Part shown: positions 1-14,370 of the stretch, in pieces | How the letters are laid out: the number at the start of each line of letters is the position of its first letter | How positions within the stretch are numbered: position 1 is the stretch's first letter | Origin: Chrysomallon squamiferum | Taxonomy: Eukaryota > Animalia > Mollusca | Assembly: GCA_012295275.1 (NCBI GenBank) | Contig: CM022673.1 | Location: forward strand, 6,014,001 to 6,078,000 | Reading direction: 5' to 3' | Length of the DNA stretch: 64,000 nt | Position numbers and translations under genes: made by a program | Notes under the pieces: model-generated | Told to the model about the DNA's origin: nothing | Database searches by the model: none | Seen by the model: the letters and a program-made list of their open reading frames with translations, nothing else

Positions 1-145
1 CACACACACACACACACACACACGCTTACATACATACACTCATACACACACACAGACACACACAGAGACAAACACACAGACAAATACACACAAACACACA
101 CTCACACAGAGACAAACACACTCTGTCTCTCTCTACTTCTCCTAC

Positions 146-244
146 CTCGGTGACGGCAGAACGCCGATGCCAGAACCGTGATGACTGGGCCGCGGCCTCC
201 AGGTATTTCTTCTCACGGAGATCCACGACTTTTTTTATTGCAGT
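146..244 (-). CDS. Candidate 99-nt phase-0 exon (cassette or ERG1b-like first exon)
   Basis: Branch-point-like gctaac, then tctacccatgcag|ACTGCA; donor ACCGAG|gtagga; GC-rich. Encodes TAIKKVVDLREKKYLEAAAQSSRFWHRRSAVTE. In-frame ATGs lie at 250 and 349. Confidence 0.7.
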
Positions 245-574
245 CTGCATGGGTAGAGTTAGCAGCGACAGACAGCAGACACACAGACACACGGACACAT
301 GAGCGAACCAGCGAGGGTTCGACACCGACAGGTGCTGTTTGTCCTGCATTCACTCGTCGAAGATAATGATCTCAATCAGAAACACTGCGGTTATGTAACA
401 ACAGTCTCACTCCACGGTTTGTGTCAAGCTTAACTGTTCAGTTGTAAGGTGGTTATGTGATTAATTATAGATAATCACCTGGATGAACAGCTTAGGCTGG
501 GTTTGTTTTTATATTTGTTTTCTATCTCACAAGCAGAGAAGAAATAAAAAAAACACATTATGGTGCCAGTTATA

Positions 575-850
575 ACAGGTATGTAATAGTTAATACAAAT
601 GTATTCATTAAATGGATGATGTTACAGGTATGTAACAGACAGTACAGTATTCATTAAATAGGTGATATAGGTATAAAACAGGCAGTACAGTATAAATGAA
701 ATAGGTGATGTTACAGGCAGTAGTACAGTATACATGAAATTGGTGATGTTATTGGTACAAAGCAGGCAGTACAGTATACATGAAATAGGTGATGTTACAG
801 GTATATAATAGGCAGTACAGTATATATTAAATAGGTGATGTTACAGGTAT
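575..850. repeat. Degenerate tandem repeat, period about 45 bp
   Basis: Recurring gcagtacagtatacatgaaataggtgatgttacaggtat. Confidence 0.8.
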
Positions 851-3800
851 GCAGATAGTTTCTACTCACAGGTAAAAAATAAAAGTAAATATTTTACCTG
901 TATGTTAAATATCTTACACTTTCAATAAAAAGTTACAAGAAATAAGTGACATGCCTGTTTTAATAATTAATTTTAAAATGACAGGACACCTTATAACATT
1001 TTTTTTAAAATGATAAATCACTATTTTTCATCACATATTTTAGTGAAATAACTGGTTTTTAATTAACAGTATGTGACTAACTCAAAAAAAATTGGTTAAC
1101 TAATATACGTCACTGTCTGTTTCAAATCTCTTCATGAAATAAGAGTTTTTTTTTTTTAAATATATTGTTTTTTGCATATCTGCTAATGTTTTAACATTTT
1201 TATAATAAAAAAAAAAATTTAAATTATTTTCATCATTAATCCTAGTAACAATTCTTAAAAATGATATATCACTATCATTTCACTCCTGTAAAATGATATA
1301 GTGTTTTGATTAAAAATGATATATCACTGACAAGTGTATAATAATTCTGTTTACTATCCAGTGGAACATTTAACAGTGGAAAGAAAGGAATAATTCTTGT
1401 TTTTCCTTCTTTTAACAAGACACAGCACACATTTTTATCATCTGTCAGACTCCTGTGACATTACAATATGGTCAAAAACAGGATTTAAACTATACCACTG
1501 CATTCAGAATTAACTCCTGTGAAGTGATGGATTATTTTAACTGTACCATTGTTATATATATCCAACAGCAATATCTCAAATTCCACACAAACAATAGTTC
1601 ACCTGTTTTCTCATTCAAAGAGAAGACATTTAAGTGTCTGCTGATGGATGGTTGTGTTGTCTGTAACAACAATGGTTTAAAAGTTTCCAAAGAATGAATG
1701 TATTTAATTACCTTAGTGGAAAAATAGTTTTTTTGTTTTTCACAACTTGGTCACTATATTTATCTCACATACATATTTAAATTTCTGTTCACAAAGTGTT
1801 CATTTGTTCATAGTAACACATAAAACAACTGACAGTTAGAGAAGCACCTGGATTTCAATACACAAAGTAATTCATTAGTTTCCTGTTTGGATCAGAATAC
1901 AACACAACTGTTCATCAAACGATATATAAAGTATTTGTTTTCTAATTAGAATAGATACAAAAATATTTGTTCTTTTGCTGGTTATAGATGGTGCTAAATT
2001 TCCATACTCATTTTACTTCCTAATTGGAAAAGAATGAGACACAAATGTTCTTGAAATGATAGATAAAATATCTGGGTTTTTTGATTAGAATAGATCATAC
2101 TTTTTTTTTTCTGAGCTCATTCCTAAATTTACATACATATTTTCTTTCCTAACTGGAACAGAATCAGACACAACTGTTCTTCCTAGGATAGTTATATTAT
2201 CTATTAAACAAATTTTCAAAAAAGAGACACAACTTTCCTTCATACATTACATGTATCATCTACACAACACAGCAGTCCAAATTTTCAGTTGTTTCCTCTT
2301 GAAACACAAACAGAAAGTCTTATTCTAATGTTGATTTTCAACCTAAGTATTTGCAAGTATATTTAATTTTTGTCAACCATTTTAAACAGAAGGTTATTAT
2401 TTTTATTTTTTTATCCATCCAGTTTAGATGTTTGAATCTCCATCAACAAATGATTTCACTCATTTCTTAACTGGAATTTTAAAAACTAAATAAAATCTTT
2501 TGCTTTTCATCTGCTGTTTATTTGATTTGTTCATATACAGAGTATTCAACTTTTGTTTCTTGGTTCACGTAGAACAAAGAATTATTTCTCCAAATGTTTT
2601 GGAGACAGCAATTAAATTTCCACATCCAAATTATTCAGCATTTTTCATACCTGAATAAGATCAGTAAATAAATGTCCTTCATAGATTGATCATAACGATC
2701 ATACATCATCAGAATCTAAACTTTCATAGTTAAATTATTTCATACTGTAATAGAAGGCACAGTTATGATTCTTAGGTTTGGTTACATCATCAACCAAAAC
2801 CTAGACATTTGAATTTCCGCTGTCAAACTATTTTGCTAGCTTCAGAAATGCTCCTAAACAGAACAGAAACAGACATTTCACCAGCTTCACACAAAAATGT
2901 CTAACTGAATAGTAAAACGTGTGTCACTATTTTCACGACATCTGCTAACCAAGAACCGAAGTTATAAACATTACTTCACCTGTTTCATAACTGAAAAACA
3001 AACAAGCAGTCATCATACCCTGATTATGTTATCTCACCACGAACAAAACACACGGAAGATTTTCAAAAACAGTCACACTCTTCGATGGGCAGCTCAAGAG
3101 AAATGATTCGAGATACAAGATTACACATGAAAATCTTTCTCTCTTCCTGATTATCTTCAACTCATTTCCTCTGAGAGATTTATGTCTCCCCCCCTCTCCA
3201 CAGATGAAAGAATACAGTGAGTGTGGCTACACAAGATTAAGCCGCATCTTCTGCAATATATCGCTTTTCAGCCTCTTGTCCTTGTTGAAAACATAGTCTG
3301 AATTAATTCCTGTGAAGTGATGGAGTTTACAGTTTGAAACATTGTTTAATGTTTTTTCCAGTGCTGCAGAAATTAGTTACAAAAGGTTGTCTGTTATATC
3401 TTGACTAACACACATAATGAGAATTTTTTTTTTTTTCTCCTGGTTTTTAATGATACTGGGTAATATTTTGAGTAATGCTCTAATTTGAGTGTTTCACAGT
3501 TTCAAACTTCATATCTCCAGGGTTTTTTTTTATAAAACCATTTTGAATATTACACTGTTTCATAATTTATATCACCTGGATTTTAATAAATGTGAATTTT
3601 TGTTAGTTCAATTCCCTTTAAAGACTAATTCTTCACAGCCCAAGTTAAAGAATGCAAGTGTGGTGATATGAGAAAGAACTTTCTTGTTCAGTTTTAACTC
3701 TTGTTGAGGATATTTTTTTACTTAATTCATTGTTCTTGGACTTTGTAATAACAAAGATGTCTTAAGACATTTACAAAACAGAACATATTTTCAAAATGCA

Positions 3801-4343
3801 TTTACTGCAGGTTTTTCACTAATAATAATATTGAAAGTTACATTTGGTCTTTTTTTTCCCCCAAAAAATAACTGAATGTCACTGCCAAAAAGTTTAATAT
3901 GAAAATTATTTTGAATTCTTTCCAAGTAATGATCAGTAATCTAGACTGCAATTATTCTTCCTAGACATTTATCTCCTTCAGAATAAAATTGTATTCCAAG
4001 AGAACATATGAAACTTCAAAACTTTATCAAATTCTTCTTAAAAGTAAACATTTCATTAAAAATATATTTTCAAACTGCTTCATTTTTCGTTTATGATTAA
4101 TAACATATTTCCCAATAGTGATCTTCCTCTTTTTTTTTTTTTTTTTTTTTTCAAAACAAACACAAGCTGTGAATGAAAATATATGACATTATTTTTTCCC
4201 AACAAATCCAGAATGTAGCCAAAATATTTATTTCATTTACTTCTTTCCAAGAAATTCAAACTGTATTCATCTGCTGACTTCTGTGGACTGAACGAACCAA
4301 CAGGTCAAACTCAGATAAGTAGAAGGAGGGTCTGGCTATTTAC

Positions 4344-4421
4344 CTGATAGAACTGGCTGGATCCAAGCCACTCAAAAACCACCTCGGAAATACAGCAGCA
4401 AAAACAACAAAAACAAAGCAT
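4344..4421 (-). CDS. Candidate alternative first coding exon (Cys-rich, PAS-less isoform)
   Basis: ATG at 4421, 26 codons MLCFCCFCCCISEVVFEWLGSSQFYQ, donor CAG|gtaaat at phase 0, which matches the phase required in this intron. Confidence 0.4.
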
Positions 4422-4944
4422 GTCTCAGAGATATAATAATCTGCTAAAAGCTTTCTTTAATAGCCAAGGTTCCAGAAAATAACAAACAGAAAAAAAAAAA
4501 AAACAAAAAAAACCTCTATTAAAATAAATAAAAAGAATCAAAGATAGTATCTCACAGAATGTTGGAAAATAAAGTTTTAAAGGTAAATAAATTGCTATCT
4601 TGAATTTTAATTAAAAAAAAATTTATGGGTGGGGGTTTGGTGATAAAAAAAAAAAAAAATGTTTTATGGAATTGTGTTACTGTTTATTTTGGAGAGATTT
4701 GTTTTAAGGTTTAAAATGTTTTGTTTTCTTTTAGACTTCTTGATGTTAGTAAAGTCCAGCTAGAAATGAATAAATTCTTTGTTTTTTGTTTTTTTATGAT
4801 ATAAAATCAATGTTGCAAGCTATAAGAAAAAGATATTAAAAATGCATAAAATCTTTACATCATTAATAAAAATTTAATATGTTTTTCTGGCAAAATGTGG
4901 TTACTACTGAAATCATTAATGATAATAATGAATGAAAATGATTT

Positions 4945-5005
<61 letters not shown>

Positions 5006-6694
5006 TAAATAAATAAATAAATAAATAAATATCTAAATAAATAAATAAATAAAATCAAACTTTTTAAAATTTAGAAACTCCAATATACAAATAAATTGTC
5101 ATCTCCATTTTATATTTTTGAAACATTTTTTGTTTTGTTTTTTGAAAATATTTTAACAGAGGTAATCCAACAAAGAAAACTAAGAAAATCTTCACAAGAT
5201 TTGGAGAAAAATCTCAATCACATTTTTCACTTTTTCTTCAGATTCTGATAGATATGATTAAAATATCTCAGAATGATAATGTCATATATATATATCAACA
5301 TGTCATGTTACATAACCACATTCAAAATAATGCTGTTGTGATTATAAAAATTGATGTTTTACAGTGAGGTGGCTGTATAATGAAGAATATCTATATTGAC
5401 AGCAGCAGGTACAGAAACAGAAAACAATGTCTTTGCAATTTTTGTGGTACTTCTAGGTCCACTGGAGATAACTAACTGACTTTATAAAAGATGTGGATCT
5501 TTCCATCAGTTAGCTTAATGGCAGTTGATAAAAAACAGAAATTACACTGACTGAATTTTCCAACATTTTGTTTAGGCTTTTTTTTTTCTAATGTGCCACA
5601 GATTAATAGTTAACTCCCATAAAAACACTCTTCATTTTAAAAAGGAGGAAAATAATACTTCTCTTAAATTAGATATATAAAGTAACTTCCTGTGAAAGAC
5701 TCCATCCATTCAAAAAGAAGTTTAAAAATGATTATGAGGCTGATAGAAACTCCATTATGCACGTTTTAATTACATTCACTGGTAACATCCTGCATTATTT
5801 TAGGTAGAGTGTTATTCCTTTAAATGAACTCTCAAACAAGGAAGGTGCAAACCATTATTTTTAATTAACATTTGCATATATTAACTCAATTAGAAACAAT
5901 CTCAGGATAAAAAGGAGAACAGTCATGTTTCTTTTTAATTTATGCATAAATTAGCTCTCTTAGAATCACTCTCCACATAAACAAAGGTGCACAATTATGC
6001 TTCTGTTTAACAAATGCATAAATTAACTCCCTTGGAAACTCTCCATTGAAAAAAAAGGTGTACAATATTCACAGCTGACGACTCTGTTTAATATTGATGA
6101 TGAAAGAAAACAACAAACACTGAGTTTTCCAATAAAACAAAAATATTTACAATGTCAGAAATCTCAAAAATTGCAACAAAAATGCAACAAGTAATTCCTG
6201 GAGAATATCTAATGTAACAGAACAATATTTACATGACTGTTGGGAATTCCTGGTTTTCTTCCTCTCCCAGTAGAAAAATGGCAGAGATAAAAAAAAAAAA
6301 AAAAAAGGAAGAAAAAGAACCACACCACACATCAAAGATGATGTAGTACGTCTTCAGTAATATTATCTGTTACTAAACACCTCGAAAATTATTTCAGTTC
6401 TTGTTAAACAGAAAAATTAACCATTTTGATTTCTATTACAACAGATTTACAGCATAGGATTTTATTTTTTATAAAATAAAATAAAATAAAAATGTCTTTC
6501 TGAGTAAAATTCTGCCACTGGTATAGGAGAGATTAACGTACACAATGGCTGTAAAACACAAATAGAATTTCACCAATGGCAACACAAGTATTTTTATGTG
6601 ATTTTTCTGCCAGCTGTTGTGAAAGACGCTGCTTTGTTTACAACTGTTCTCCTGAGTGATGAGTCAGGTACAGACTCTGGTCCAGCCCTTGCCT

Positions 6695-6780
6695 GAGTGT
6701 GAGAATGTGTGAGTATGTAGGTGAGTAAGTGTGTGAGTGTGAGAATGTGTGAGTATGTAGGTGAGTAAGTGTGTGAGTGT
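6695..6780. repeat. 40-bp tandem duplication
   Basis: gagtgtgagaatgtgtgagtatgtaggtgagtaagtgtgt occurs twice. Confidence 0.85.
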
Positions 6781-7906
6781 GTGTTTGCATGTGAGTTTTG
6801 GAGTACGTATGTGTGTGTATGTGTGAGGACATACGTTTGTGTTAGTATGTCAGTATGGGTGTGTTTCTCTGAGTTTGAGAATATGTCAGCATATAAATTT
6901 GTGTCTGTGTGAGTGTCTGTATAAAAGTGTGTTAGTAATTAAATATATTTGTACTGATATATGTTATTGTTAAAATAACCTCATTGTCGAGTAAACCAAA
7001 ATAAAATTATACCCTACTTTTGTAAAACGTATTTTCACGTTCTAACCACTGCTCATTGGGAAAGAGCAAGCAAAAAAATAGCAATGGGTTTTGTATTTCC
7101 TCTACAATCATCACAAAATGTTGTTTATTCTTTTAGATTACATGCATTATAAATTAACATTTAATTATCAATAACATTATAGTATTGTGAAGTCTTCTGA
7201 AGCCAAAATTAATATATTCATTAACCAGTGTGTGTAGCAGTGAGAGGGAGAAAGAGAAATGGAAAGAAAGAAGGAATGAAAAAGATAGAAAAAGAAAGAG
7301 ACTGGAAGAAACAGAGAAAGAAAAAGACAAAAACAGAAAGAGAGAAAAAAAGACAGAGGTAGAGAGAGTTAAAGAATAACAGGAAAAGGAAAGACAAAAC
7401 AAATTTGTTTTTTGTATGAGTGAATTAAATTTGAGCCTAACTGATATATATATAAATTATATATGCATATATTAATCTCTTTTCATTTGAAATGAATCAT
7501 TTTTCAGCAACAAAAAACATCAATAGATTTTAAAATCTTCATCCAGATTTTCCTTGTAAAGAATAAACAGCTTAATGCTCTGTGTTGTTATTTAATCTGG
7601 TGGAAACAAGATAAAATGTTTCACAGATTAGTCTTCATTTAATCACCTAGAAGCAGAACAAAACAAACCTTCACATGGGAGACTTCTAAAACAGAGTTAT
7701 CTGTCCTTGGATAATAATCAATCAAAAGAGAAAATAAAACTTCACTATTGTTTGTCCGCCATCAAGGTTACATAAAGAAAATTGATTTTTATTTTTCCAA
7801 AACATCAGATTTGTTATCTTAATAATGATTATAAATAGTAATAATCCTTAGGCTAAAATAATAATAATAATAATAAAAAAAAATGATAATACTAAAAAAA
7901 GATTAC

Positions 7907-7947
<41 letters not shown>

Positions 7948-9483
7948 AAAGAAAAATAGTTCTGCCATTCAGTCTTAAAAGATAAATTTTGACTGGTTTC
8001 TTTTTTAAAATCTAATATTTTAAAATAGAAAATAAACACAAGATGGTTCACTTAATTCCACTGACATCTTTCAAAATAAAAGATAAGACCCAGAGCAAGC
8101 TTGCTTAAATCAGCAATGATATCTTTCTTTTTCAAATTCCATTAACAGATTTAAAAATTAAAAAAATCAAACAGACACACACAAGACAAACTAGCTTGAA
8201 TACTCGGTGATTCCTCTATTGCAAAATCCTTAGTGATTCTTAAAAAATAAAAAATAAAATGTGAGACCTGTGACAGATTTGCTTGAACCCTTAATAATTC
8301 GTATTCTGTAGAATCCAATAAGCCAGTGATTTTTTAAACATAAAACCTTTAACACACATGTATAACCCTTTAAGAATTCATTTCATTTAAAAACAACAAC
8401 AAAAAGCAAAAAAAACAACATTATGACTGATACAGGAATGAACAACCCACAATAAAAGAAACTTGTTTCTACTCTGAAAACCCCACATTATCCACTACAT
8501 GAATGATAACTCTCATCAAGATGCAATTTAGCTTTGGAATATTAAGTGCAAAAACTTGTACATAATTTACTGTGTTCACAAAGTCAATAAAACAGTTACT
8601 TCAGTGAGTCTTAAACATTACTCCTTTAACAGTAGATTAGTCCAGCTAGCTTTAACATACACATAGATATGTCAAATATAATCATGTTGTTTGTCTAACA
8701 GAAGAAATTACTTGGTAATTCTGTTATAGTTCAGTATAATGTAGGTAAGGGTATGTTTTGAATAGGAATTTGTCAGCCTGAAAGAATCACACATTTCTGC
8801 TGCATGGTGGATGTTTGATTTCTTTTCCTCTCTCTTTTTGTATCTCTGTCTCACTCTCTCATTCCATTTCCTTATCACCATTCTTTTTTTTTTACATACT
8901 ATTTGGGACAAGGTATCATCTTTACTATAATTTATAGAAATATCTTGATGCCATCATGATATACTGAACAAATCCTTTTTTCCAACATGAGAACATTTCT
9001 TAAAATGAAAGCATATTCTTTCTCTTTCCTTTTGAATCATATTCTATCTTGCTGCTCTGTCTCTCTATCTCTACCTCTATATCTCTTTTTATCTATCTCT
9101 CTCTTCCTCAATGAATCTTTTTTCTGACTTGCTTACTCTCTTTCTTTCTTTCTCTCTTCCATCCCACTTAGAACAGCCAGTTATCTGTAACAGCCTGTAG
9201 TCTAAAACAGTAAAGTAATCTAAAGATGTGAAGTTGTTATGTGTTGTTGAAGATTAGTGACAAATTAAAGCTGGCAGTCTGTCAAGTCTGACAGAAATAA
9301 ACAGATGTGAAAAACATGTCATGAAAACACACTGCTAATTACAAACACTCGGACCACTTGATTCAGGTGTTACAGACTGCAGGATCGAATCTCCTGGTAG
9401 GAGAGAGTGAATTATTTCCATTTCATGTCATAACAGTGTCATAGAACTTGTGCTGACAGTGTCTACCTCTATCCATCCTATTA

Positions 9484-9555
<72 letters not shown>

Positions 9556-9949
9556 TCAAAAGCCCTGTTTCCTCTTTCACACACACATTCAGCAGTTCAC
9601 AACAAACTACAGATTTCCAATAATTACACAAACGCTATAAATCAAAATAAATCATAAAACATGTGTTCTGAACACAGCAGAGTGGTGAATAAATCTTCGC
9701 AGCAATCAATTAATTACAACAGTGTGGGAAAAACAGCACACCAAAATTAATCCCAGAACAATATATAATTAGTTTATTTTCATGTAATCACAGCTGTTAA
9801 TGTAAGCCAGAAAAGATATAATACAAATTAAAAGAAGAAAAAAAAAAGGAAGCTTGTAATGAAAAAACCAGAACATTAATGAAAATGATGTGTTTTTCTG
9901 TAGTGATGGCTTTCTTAATTAAATCTGAAATTGTTATTACAGACAGAAA

Positions 9950-10350
9950 ACATCTGTATGTGTCTGTGTCAAGTTTGTCTGTATATATATGCATATATGT
10001 TTATGTCTGTGTGTCTGTATGTCTGTCTGTATGTATGTGTGTATATCTGTATGTATGTATGTATGTATGTATGTATGTATGTATGTATATATGTATGTAT
10101 ATATATATATGTGTCTGTATGTATGTGTCTATATCTGTATATATATATGTATGTTTATGTCTGTATGTCTGTATGTATGTGTGTATATCTGTATGTATGT
10201 ATGTATGTATGTATGTATGTGTATGTGTTTGTGTATGTGTTTTTATGTATCTTTATTACATATATGTGCATATGTCTTGTCTGTGTTTCTGTGTGTGTGT
10301 GTGTGATTCTTGTATGTATGTAACTGTGTATGTTATGCATACATACATGT
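9950..10350. repeat. (TATG/TG)n compound microsatellite
   Basis: Direct reading; source of the spurious MYVC ORFs. Confidence 0.9.
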
Positions 10351-10567
10351 GTGATAGAGATATCCTTTAGATAAAAGGTGAAATCAGCTTTGGTAATTCT
10401 TTCTCTCTCCTGACAGATAATTAATTAATTTATCTTCTTTTATAACTGACCCAGTACTCATGAATGAGAACTAATTTCTGAACTGCAACCACTACTGGTG
10501 ATCAAAATGTAAAGTTTAACATTATTAGTATAAATTTGATAACTTTCAACCACACATACAACCCAAG

Positions 10568-10634
<67 letters not shown>

Positions 10635-10693
10635 TTCTACATATGTGAGTTTATGCTTACATGCATGCTCATATACATACAAACTGATGTATG

Positions 10694-10725
<32 letters not shown>

Positions 10726-11987
10726 ATTCCAAGTGTGGTATGGTATCTTACATAAAAGTGCACATCTCTCTCAGAGTAAGAAAGATTGCTGACAATAACC
10801 AACTCAAACAACTTGAAATTAATACTACTGACCTCAATAAATAAACAACACACACACACACACACACATATTTTTTATTATAAGATAAAAGTCTACCTAA
10901 TTCTTGCATGACAGACTAACTCTAACCGAAACACCTGCTGAGGTAATATCTGGCAGTCATCAAAGACAGACACACAGATAAAATTCTGTGTAGTCCTTGT
11001 TTCCATTGGAGCGTGAATTTAACCAGATTACTTCGGTGAAGTAATAAGTACACTGAGTGAAATCAGCAAACAGGTGTGCAGGGGAAGACCTAGTCAGGTG
11101 TACAAGGGAGTAGGCTTCAGATAGATTAATTTAAACAGAAACAAAAAAAAAGTGTAAGAAAAGTCTTGAGGTGAGGTAAAAAAAATTTCTTGTAATATTG
11201 CTTTAGGAAATGTGTGCAAAATCCATTTATATTTATCACCATCTCTCTTTCTTTCACTCTGTCTCTTCATATATATATCTCTTTAACTCACTTTGTCTTT
11301 CTCTCTCTTTCTCTGACATCTCCACCTCTCTGTTTATATATGAGTAACATTTCTCTCTCTCTCTCTTTCTGTTGCTATTTTTTATAATATTGTTATAATT
11401 GTTGAAATTTTTACTGAATTATCTTGAAGATTTTATGATTTTATTTATTTATTTATAATTATTTGTTTATTATTCTTAACCTTCAGCAGAAGACAGATAT
11501 CTGGAGGCAGGAAACAAAATATAGATAACAAAAACAAATTTCAACACAAATACTCTCAGCCACATCTCACTTAACTACAAAAAAAAAAAAAAAAAAAAAA
11601 AAATCCTAAACAAAATCTACAGGTATTTCATGTTGGCTTTGAATATAGAGAGGAAAAACAAACAGTCTAATTTGTTTTGGCCTAAGATTTCAGCAGACAT
11701 CTGGAAAATGCATTTACCAACATGCTGAAAGACAGGAAACAAATGTTTCTCAATGGAATACAGATCATGTCAGAGGTAACTGGTTCAATCCACACTGCAG
11801 GTTTGAGCAGATGGAATTTATATCACAAGTGATTTCTCTAGATAATTATTTCCAGAATCCTTTTTTTTTTTGTTGTTGTTGTATAGAACCACATGCTAAA
11901 TTACACCTTCTTTTTCTCCTTTTTCTTCTTCACCTCCCTAAAAGTTTCATCACCAGTTCTGTTAAACACAGTGACATTACTAACATG

Positions 11988-12109
<122 letters not shown>

Positions 12110-14265
12110 CTCTCTCTTTAATTCTCTCTCTCTATATATTAATTTGTGTATATATGTGTGTATATGTATGTGTGTGAGTGTTTGTGTGTTTGTATATATG
12201 TATATATGTATGTATGCATGTATGTATTTGTGTATATTTTTAATGATGCTTAATTGCTTTAAAAAGGAATAAATAAATTTTACTATTAAAATACAAAACT
12301 GAATTATTCAACTATTTAAAATATTTAAATAGTAAACATCAATCTATTAAAAAGCATAAATAATTTATTCAATCAGTTACTTAAAGCTATTAAGATATTG
12401 CAGAATTATTCAACTTTTATTCAAACAATTAAAAAGCATAATTAAATATTCAGTTTGTTATTCAAACTAACTAAAAATATCAATGAATTATTGATAAGTA
12501 TAACTAAATTATTCAGCCAAACATTCGAAGTTAAAAAAAACATAGCTGAAAACAATTATCAGTAATTAAATTTAATAAATGATCAGTAATAAAAATATTA
12601 AATGATTTATTCAAATTATTAAAAAATAAATCAATGAATTAATCAATCTATTTAAAATCATTATTAAATTATTCAGCAAAACACTGAAAATAATCGCACA
12701 CTTCAATTAATTATTTAAATCATTAGTGAATTAACTGACTAATTATTTATACTATTCAAAAAACAATTTCAATTATAAATTGCTTTAAGGATCATAGCAA
12801 AACTAAATGAGTTGATAGTAGATGTAAGTTTTCATTACAGCATGCTATTTCTAAATGTTATAGGTGACTAATTTAGCAAACAACAAGAACAAAAATGCTT
12901 TTTTTTGCATTTTAGAAGATGTAGTCAAACAGCCATGTCATAACACAAGACAATTTTTTGCATTCCAAATTAAACCATCATTCAGTGATCAAAACTTTAT
13001 ATTACGTAGAAAACAAAAACAAAATTGAAGCCTTTCGGTCTTATTCTCAATAGAATTAGAATAAAATCTGGATTATGGAACTTTGATAAAATAGAAAAAA
13101 AGAAGACATTTTGAAATTTCGAAATAGGGATTTTGGAAACTTCAAAATTTCTCCATTGGTATGAAAAAAAGAGAGGAAATCAGAAGTTTGGGAATTTTGA
13201 ACATTTTGCAACAACAGAACATTTTGTGTGAAAATTCAGGAATTTTATATTCAACATTTAAGAATAGGAAAGTTGAAACTGGAGAATTAACAAAAATTTC
13301 AAGTATTCCTGGTTATAATAAGAATTACTGCATACAAATACTGCATGGCCAACAGGCTGAAAATACCACACATACTTTAGATTACTTGAAAAACATAAAA
13401 AAAAGATTTTATCTTCAACTGAATATGAAAAGATGGGTTATGATTCCTGAATTCCATGAAAGCAGACACCAAATGATTAATGACAGCCATTACAGATAAG
13501 AAACCAGATAATAAAAGTTTTATGGTGGATACATATATCAAAAACATTTCATCAAATAAATACCAAATACATTAATATCCATAAATGTTTATAACAGCAG
13601 AAAAACTGAACAATATGTGGTAGATAAACAGTTCCATTTCCTCAATATGAAACAGGATAATCTTTGAATGTTGAGAGATTTAAATTATGTTATTGTACAG
13701 GACAATATTTAGTTAGATAAATATGGCTCTGATACCAGGAAGATATGGGAAAATTTACATTGTCAAACAAAAACACAAAAAGGTCAAAGCATTTCAGAAA
13801 AAACAAAAATAAGAATAAGAATAACAAATATTTAAAAAAACACTGTATATAGTAAAATATAAATATAGCATTTTCTTCAGTCGGTAAAAATAAAGACGTA
13901 CACTTTCAGACAAATAAAAAATTGACATCTGAATGTTTCAGCTAAATAGTGCATGAAGTAATCTTAATCAGACCATCATAAATGATGACAAAGAAAATAC
14001 ATCACTGAATGGTAAATCTGAAAATAAAAATGTTTCTAAAACTGGACACACATAGACAGACACCTACATCATCTTCAGATTAAAAAGAAAGGTGAGACTG
14101 TTAAGAATCATGAGCTACAGTGAATATCAAGACAGAGAAACAAGACCTTTGGAGACAAGAAAGAGAATTAAAACTGCATTATGAACAAGACAGGAAGTGG
14201 TACGGCATTCTGGGTAGAGATTAAGATGCATCACGGGACAGGCAATCTGAAATTTTTGTACTAGC

Positions 14266-14370
14266 CTTGCTGGCAAGACTGAAATCTGGTGGAGGCATGA
14301 AGTCGATCAGGGTGGGAGACCCACCGGCTCCGCCTGGTCCCACTTGAAGCAGTCGATTCAAAAGTTCACA
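14266..14370 (-). CDS. Candidate phase-0 cassette or terminal exon after KVAQ
   Basis: gtattgttgtgtctcaaactag|TGTGAA; GC-rich open frame CELLNRLLQVGPGGAGGSPTLIDFMPPPDFSLASK. The only in-phase donor seen is non-canonical AAG|gctagt; otherwise the frame reads on to TAA at 14221-14223. Confidence 0.55.

Noticed and set aside
14300-14345. GGTGGG-AGA-CCCACC hairpin as a ribozyme
   Set aside because: No hammerhead or HDV core motifs; better explained as part of the candidate coding exon.
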